IMG/VR virus record: IMGVR_UViG_3300039443_000002
Length of the DNA: 46,501 nucleotides
Source of the DNA: a virus
Reading direction: 5' to 3' (one strand)
The position numbers and the translations under genes are program-made. The number at the start of each line of letters is the position of its first letter. Position 1 is the first letter of the stretch. This document shows, in pieces, positions 41,916-46,501 of the stretch. Below the pieces are notes generated by a model. That model searched no databases and was not told the origin of the DNA. It saw only the letters and a list, made by a program, of their open reading frames with translations.

Positions 41916-41935
41916 CATGCAAAAATTTTATGACC
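41910..41935 (+). promoter_or_regulatory. Operon-start motif TTTTTTCATGCAAAAATTTTATGACC (second identical copy)
   Basis: Identical to 36811-36836. Lies 20 nt upstream of the DNA polymerase ATG. Confidence 0.5.
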
Positions 41936-41954
41936 AAAAGCAAATGGAGGGCAA

Positions 41955-43775
41955 ATGAAATATGTTGTTATCGACCTTGAGACAGACGGTTTGGGCAGGG
42001 ATTGCAATATACATTGTGTCGGCTTTGCTTGTAGAGATGGTAATGAAGTTAAGAGCTACTGCAAACCTTGGAATGAAGGAGGACGGGACCTTGTTATTTT
42101 CTGGCTCACTATGGAAGACGCTGTGTTTGTTGTACATAACGCAGCTTTTGATATTGCTGTTCTGCGTCAAAACGGTATTAACATACCACCAGGACGCTAC
42201 GTCTGTACATTCGTCATGGCATACCTCACGGACCCTGGATGCATTGACGGGCATAGCCTTGAGCGCTGGGGCAATGTAGTAGGTTGTCCTAAGTCAGACA
42301 AACCTAAGAGCTTTACATCTCTTACACAGGAAATGATGGACTACTGCCGTCAGGACTGTGTCACTACACTCAAAGTCTTCGAGTATCTACAGGGTATATA
42401 CACCCGTAACGAACGTCTGCTAAACGTCTACAACCGACTAGAACTACCATATGTCGAAGTTGTAATGGCTCTGAATAGGACTGGAATGTATGTAGACCAA
42501 GCGGCGCTTGAAGAGTTGGACAAGGAACTTACAGCATTAATTGCAGCTAATGACAAACAACTCATAGCTGAAGCTGGACTCGTGCCGACAAAGGTTAGTT
42601 GGAACTATGAATACCAAGTCTATGTACCTGAAGAGACAATTTACCGTAATGGGGTGTATCGTAACCCTAAAAACCTTGAAAAGTACAAGTGTAACCCAAT
42701 ATATGACCATTGCCCGTTGGGACTCATTAGAGCGTCACAACCTGAAGTCATAGCATGGCTGCTAATGCGACGAGGCTGGAAGCCAACCATATTCAGTGAC
42801 AATGGCAAGCCAAAGCTGGACGAGAAAGTGATGAAGGCAGCACAGAGCAAGTTTGACATAGTGTCACTCATTATGGAGAACCGCAAGCTGAACAAGCTCA
42901 AGGGAACATATGTCGACACTATGAAGGAGATGTCAGCCAAGGATGGGTTTGTCAGAGGACAATTCAACCAGTGTCGGACTGACACGACTAGACTGTCTAG
43001 TTCAGAACCGAATATGCAGAACATTCCAGCACGTTCTGAACTGGGTAAAAAGATTAGGAAGTGCATCATAGCGCCTCCTGGCTTCAAGATGGTTGTCGGG
43101 GACTTAGACCGCATTGAGTTAGTAGTACTGGCGTACTATCTAGAGCAGTTCACCGGCGACCATGGTATGTCAGATGAGATACGCAAGGGGACAGACATAC
43201 ATGCCTACAACGCTGCTCGCTGGGGCTGTACTCGCGACCAGGCTAAGACAGTCATCTTCCTAATCAACTATGGTGGCGGACCCAGCAGGCTAGCTGGTCA
43301 GCTAGGCATTAGCCGCGACGAAGCTGAAGACATCATGCGCGGTGTCCATGAAGCCATGCCGTCGCTCAAGACTTTAATGGAGGACACCATAGACTATACG
43401 TTCAGGAACAACTGCATTCTGAACGACATTAGCGGGCATTGGCTGACATACAAGGAACTGCGGAGCAACGACGAGGCTTTAGAGTCGTCTGCTCGTAGGC
43501 GTTGTTTCAACGGACTCATTCAAGGAGGTGCAGGGGCAGTATTCAAAGAAATGCAATTACGCATATTCCCGCTGATGATATCGCTGGGCGTGTTGTATTC
43601 ATGCGTAGTTCATGACGAATTAGTTCTGTATGTTCCAGAATACTGTGCGTCAATGGTTGTCGAATTACTGAATGGAGAAGTACCGTCTCAGGACATACTT
43701 GTCACAGATAGAGGACCAATTCCTATAAGAATTGACTTTAAAATTTATGACAACTGGGGAGACGCGAAAGGATAG
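41955..43775 (+). CDS. Family-A DNA polymerase with a 3'-5' exonuclease domain
   Basis: Exo I VIDLETDGL. Pol motif A VVGDLDRIELVVLAYY. Motif B RDQAKTVIFLINYGGG. Motif C VVHDELVLYVP. GGAGGG SD upstream. Confidence 0.9.
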   Translation: MKYVVIDLETDGLGRDCNIHCVGFACRDGNEVKSYCKPWNEGGRDLVIFWLTMEDAVFVVHNAAFDIAVLRQNGINIPPGRYVCTFVMAYLTDPGCIDGHSLERWGNVVGCPKSDKPKSFTSLTQEMMDYCRQDCVTTLKVFEYLQGIYTRNERLLNVYNRLELPYVEVVMALNRTGMYVDQAALEELDKELTALIAANDKQLIAEAGLVPTKVSWNYEYQVYVPEETIYRNGVYRNPKNLEKYKCNPIYDHCPLGLIRASQPEVIAWLLMRRGWKPTIFSDNGKPKLDEKVMKAAQSKFDIVSLIMENRKLNKLKGTYVDTMKEMSAKDGFVRGQFNQCRTDTTRLSSSEPNMQNIPARSELGKKIRKCIIAPPGFKMVVGDLDRIELVVLAYYLEQFTGDHGMSDEIRKGTDIHAYNAARWGCTRDQAKTVIFLINYGGGPSRLAGQLGISRDEAEDIMRGVHEAMPSLKTLMEDTIDYTFRNNCILNDISGHWLTYKELRSNDEALESSARRRCFNGLIQGGAGAVFKEMQLRIFPLMISLGVLYSCVVHDELVLYVPEYCASMVVELLNGEVPSQDILVTDRGPIPIRIDFKIYDNWGDAKG

Positions 43776-43812
43776 TTATGTTATAACTGAATCACTTGAG
43801 GGGAATTAAGCA

Positions 43813-44358
43813 ATGTGGGAACCTGAAAATAACCTTGTAATTCCGGTGGAAGACCGGAAGAAAAACGCTGAGCTAGATGTCAGACCGTATGCAATGAAGA
43901 CACCGAAGGGCTTAGACTACCTGCCATGGTCAGTGTCAGCAACATTACTTTACAAGTACAATTCAAACCTTGAAGTTGGCTACGACGAAGATGAACATGG
44001 AAACCCGTTCTTTGTCACACCATTCGGTTGTTATATTCGGGCGTACATATTCGATAAGGTTGCTGGGAAGCGAACACCAAGCATGGTATTCCCTTGTCGA
44101 ATTGACAGACTTAAAGGTGAGTCGTCTACCGACTGGGCAAACAGACATAGAACTGACACTAACATGTCACTCATTGGTAACGACTTGCAGAGAGCTTTTG
44201 CGAAAGTTATTGCAAAAGAAGTAGGTTTCGGTTGGTCACTGTACAGTAAGTATGACGAGTCTATTGACGACGAGTTAGATAAAGACACCAAGGAACTACA
44301 TGAAACGAGACCAGTTGCAGCTGCCAGAAAGTCAATTACCCGTGCAGAACTATTCTGA
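43813..44358 (+). CDS. Single-strand annealing protein (Sak / DUF1071, Rad52-like)
   Basis: GLDYLPWSVSATLLYKYNSNLEV...HGNPFF ... QRAFAKVIAKEVGFGWSLYSKYDE follows the Sak/DUF1071 pattern (from memory). Acidic tail. Confidence 0.5.
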   Translation: MWEPENNLVIPVEDRKKNAELDVRPYAMKTPKGLDYLPWSVSATLLYKYNSNLEVGYDEDEHGNPFFVTPFGCYIRAYIFDKVAGKRTPSMVFPCRIDRLKGESSTDWANRHRTDTNMSLIGNDLQRAFAKVIAKEVGFGWSLYSKYDESIDDELDKDTKELHETRPVAAARKSITRAELF

Positions 44359-44506
44359 CCTTAAAGAGAAAGTGTTCCTAGACTACATACACGCATTACG
44401 CGTAACTAATGTAGAACTGGAACTGGAGAACAAACAGCTACGAGACAAAATTGAACGGTTGACAGAAGAGAACGTAGTGAACGAAGAAAAATACCTGGAA
44501 AATTAG
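44300..44506 (+). CDS. Small coiled-coil protein (68 aa)
   Basis: ORF overlapping the previous gene end. Leucine-heptad sequence ELELENKQLRDKIERLTEEN. Confidence 0.4.
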   Translation: MKRDQLQLPESQLPVQNYSDLKEKVFLDYIHALRVTNVELELENKQLRDKIERLTEENVVNEEKYLEN

Positions 44507-44516
44507 GACGGTAATT

Positions 44517-44837
44517 ATGGCTAACAAAAACCCTGACCTGACTGGCTTCATCTACCTCAAGAAAAACAAGGGCATAGAAGGTTCCCCTTGTCTCAAAGGC
44601 TTCATCAAAGTCCCTCTGTCTTTCATTGACCGCTTCACGCACGAAGCCGACGAAGAAGGAATGGTTATGCTAGACGTAGCATTGTGGCATACCAAGAACA
44701 ACGCTGAAGCCGTAGCTGGTAATGTGACACTGACTTACTCAGCACAGCAAAAGGAAGCTGCTCTTAAGTCTCAGTCCACTGCTAAGTCCAACGGCAATGG
44801 CAAACGTAAGTACCAAGATGAGGAGCCTATATTCTAA
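44517..44837 (+). CDS. Small SSB-like protein (106 aa) with an acidic C-terminal tip ending in Phe
   Basis: The C-terminus ...RKYQDEEPIF resembles the SSB tip (DDDIPF) and the T7 gp2.5 tail. Sits between the annealase and exonuclease genes. Confidence 0.4.
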   Translation: MANKNPDLTGFIYLKKNKGIEGSPCLKGFIKVPLSFIDRFTHEADEEGMVMLDVALWHTKNNAEAVAGNVTLTYSAQQKEAALKSQSTAKSNGNGKRKYQDEEPIF

Positions 44838-45739
44838 TGGACAAGACAGCTTACGCTTACCTAGCAGAATGCATCACTTGGTTGTCAGAAGGCAAAGAAG
44901 AGGTAGGACAGCACGTTAACGTTCAGTATACGAAGTTAGTGTCTGAGTCCTTTTATAAACAGTTCTGCCACAAAGAGGGCAGTCATACAACCATCCGTGT
45001 CAGCTCACTAGGTAAGCCAGCTGTTCTCCAGTCCATGAACGTGTTGGGTTATAACGACGTTCCGATAGACTTGCTGTCCAAGTACCGCTTTCATATGGGC
45101 GACACATTTGAAGCGTACCTGATTGTCATGATGGACTGGTACTTTAGAACTAACTATAACCTCAAGCAGTACGCCCACCAAGCAGAGCTAGAGTTCAACG
45201 GCATTACTGGACACATAGACTTCGTACAGGAAACTCCAGCAGGAGCGGTTGTCATAGAAGCCAAAACTATGAATGACAACTACTTCCAACGCTTCACGAA
45301 AGCTCCAGACGACAACAGAGGGTATGTCACGCAGCTAGCAATCTATTCGCACTGCTTGGGCATACCCGCTTTCTGGGTAGCTTTCAACAAGGGAACACAT
45401 GAATTAGCTGTAGTTGCACCTGAACCTAACGTCACAGAAGCAGCATTAATTAGAGCTAATAAAGTCATACCTCCTCTGAAGGAGATACGGAAGGTAGAGC
45501 AGATATGGAACCACTTTTCAGCTCCACCACCCGTCCCAGAAATCTACCGGAAAACCGAGACCGGACTTTATATGGTTCCAGAGTCAATGCGTTACAGTCA
45601 GTTCTCAGAGATGTTTTATGCCATAGGTTACGGTAAAGACAACTATGGACGACAAAAGCGCTATGTAGTGGAACCATATTACAACGATGCTACAACTGCT
45701 ACAAAAATTTTGACTGATATGGGATACAGCGTCATATGA
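44837..45739 (+). CDS. PD-(D/E)XK (RecB/Cas4-like) exonuclease
   Basis: GHIDFVQETPAGAVVIEAKTM contains the D...ExK core. Its ATG abuts the stop of the previous ORF. Confidence 0.65.
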   Translation: MDKTAYAYLAECITWLSEGKEEVGQHVNVQYTKLVSESFYKQFCHKEGSHTTIRVSSLGKPAVLQSMNVLGYNDVPIDLLSKYRFHMGDTFEAYLIVMMDWYFRTNYNLKQYAHQAELEFNGITGHIDFVQETPAGAVVIEAKTMNDNYFQRFTKAPDDNRGYVTQLAIYSHCLGIPAFWVAFNKGTHELAVVAPEPNVTEAALIRANKVIPPLKEIRKVEQIWNHFSAPPPVPEIYRKTETGLYMVPESMRYSQFSEMFYAIGYGKDNYGRQKRYVVEPYYNDATTATKILTDMGYSVI

Positions 45740-46458
45740 ATTACGACCCGTACTTTGCAATAGTTACGCTGCACAGACCGATAGACGCACAACGCACGGC
45801 TTACTTAGCCATGCATCAATGTTACTCTGACCACCATGTAATTGAGACACATTTGGATTGGGTGAAGTGTGGAGAAATCGTTGTCGACAGATTGCTTAAG
45901 GGAAATAGAGGACATTATAGCCCGCTCGAACATTGTCATATCGTATTGTCCTGCGGCTACTTCCCCCATAGCATGGTGCAACAGCTTACTCGCCATCGCC
46001 TACTTAGCTTCTCGGTTCAGTCGTTCCGGTACACATCTGAGTCGGTTGTCAGAGTGGCTCGTGGGGATCAAAAACTAGAAGAGGTATTTTATACCCGTCC
46101 TTTCGACCAGCTTTACACCAATAGACAAGGTAAGAAGTATATCTATACTGCTGAAGACGCTGCGCTAGATAAGACTTTTTTCATGGATTTAGCTTTGGAC
46201 TATAAGCGCAAACTTGATCTAGGAGTGTCAGAAGAACATGCTCGCAACCTATTACCTATGGACATCCGTCAGCATTTTGTTATGTCTGGCAACTTACGGT
46301 CTATGCTGCACATCCTCGACATGCGACACAAACCAGACGCACAATACGAAATCCAAGAGTTCAGCCGCCTGCTCCATAAAGAATTGACGGGCTGGGTGCC
46401 TGAAATTATGGGATGGTACGATAGACAGAGACTGAACAAAGGAATGCTAGCACCATGA
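45736..46458 (+). CDS. thyX: Flavin-dependent thymidylate synthase
   Basis: ThyX signature LTRHRLLSFSVQSFRY (RHRxxSxxxxSxR). Size of 240 aa fits. Confidence 0.9.
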   Translation: MNYDPYFAIVTLHRPIDAQRTAYLAMHQCYSDHHVIETHLDWVKCGEIVVDRLLKGNRGHYSPLEHCHIVLSCGYFPHSMVQQLTRHRLLSFSVQSFRYTSESVVRVARGDQKLEEVFYTRPFDQLYTNRQGKKYIYTAEDAALDKTFFMDLALDYKRKLDLGVSEEHARNLLPMDIRQHFVMSGNLRSMLHILDMRHKPDAQYEIQEFSRLLHKELTGWVPEIMGWYDRQRLNKGMLAP

Positions 46459-46501
46459 CAAATGATGGACACACTGTATGGACTGACTTCCGGTTAAACC
46501 G
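46355..46501. repeat. Second copy of the window-end overlap (identical to 1-147)
   Basis: Direct comparison. Confidence 0.95.

Noticed and set aside
1-46501. Search for CRISPR arrays, tRNA/tmRNA genes, integrase or attachment sites, and transposase/IS elements
   Set aside because: I found no spaced direct-repeat array, no cloverleaf with a T-loop consensus, and no tyrosine or serine recombinase motifs in any ORF. The only mobile-type gene is the LAGLIDADG-like endonuclease.

Overview
The window is one complete, circularly closed tailed-phage genome. Its unique length is 46,354 bp, because bases 1-147 are identical to 46355-46501. All calls below come from reading motifs and gene order by eye; no database search was possible.

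The minus-strand virion/lysis arm runs from 30625 down to 340. It encodes small membrane proteins, Q-rich proteins, large terminase, portal, scaffold, a free-standing LAGLIDADG-type endonuclease and the major capsid protein. It continues with T7 gp11/gp12-like tail-tube proteins, a GH108-type muramidase, several very large internal/ejection proteins and two tail fibres.

The plus-strand early/replication arm runs from about 31396 to 46458 and continues over the contig junction to 328. It encodes many small early ORFs, a ParB-like protein, an Ant-like protein, a T7 gp4-like primase-helicase and a T7 endonuclease I homologue. It also encodes a family-A DNA polymerase, a Sak/Rad52-like annealase, an SSB-like protein, a PD-(D/E)XK exonuclease and ThyX.

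The arms diverge from an ORF-poor region of about 0.8 kb (30626-31395) and converge at 328/340. I saw no phage RNA polymerase, integrase, tRNA or CRISPR array. The layout is a T7-supergroup replication and virion gene set without the RNAP.

Most noteworthy observations:
1. The primase-helicase ORF stays open for about 515 nt through the endonuclease I gene in a second frame. The endonuclease active site is also split by an insert of about 64 codons.
2. A diphtheria-toxin/PARP-like H-Y ADP-ribosyltransferase signature lies inside a 1327-aa putative ejected virion protein. The neighbouring 1084-aa protein carries an HExxH motif.
3. A single opposite-strand gene sits between two hairpin elements and encodes a Gly-rich protein ending in HHHCC.
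4. A 26-nt sequence occurs twice identically, each time fused to a terminator hairpin at an operon start. A third, degenerate copy heads another operon.
5. Two extreme Q/N-rich low-complexity proteins are encoded in the virion arm.
6. The ORF-poor divergent region carries clustered short repeats and probably contains the physical genome ends.
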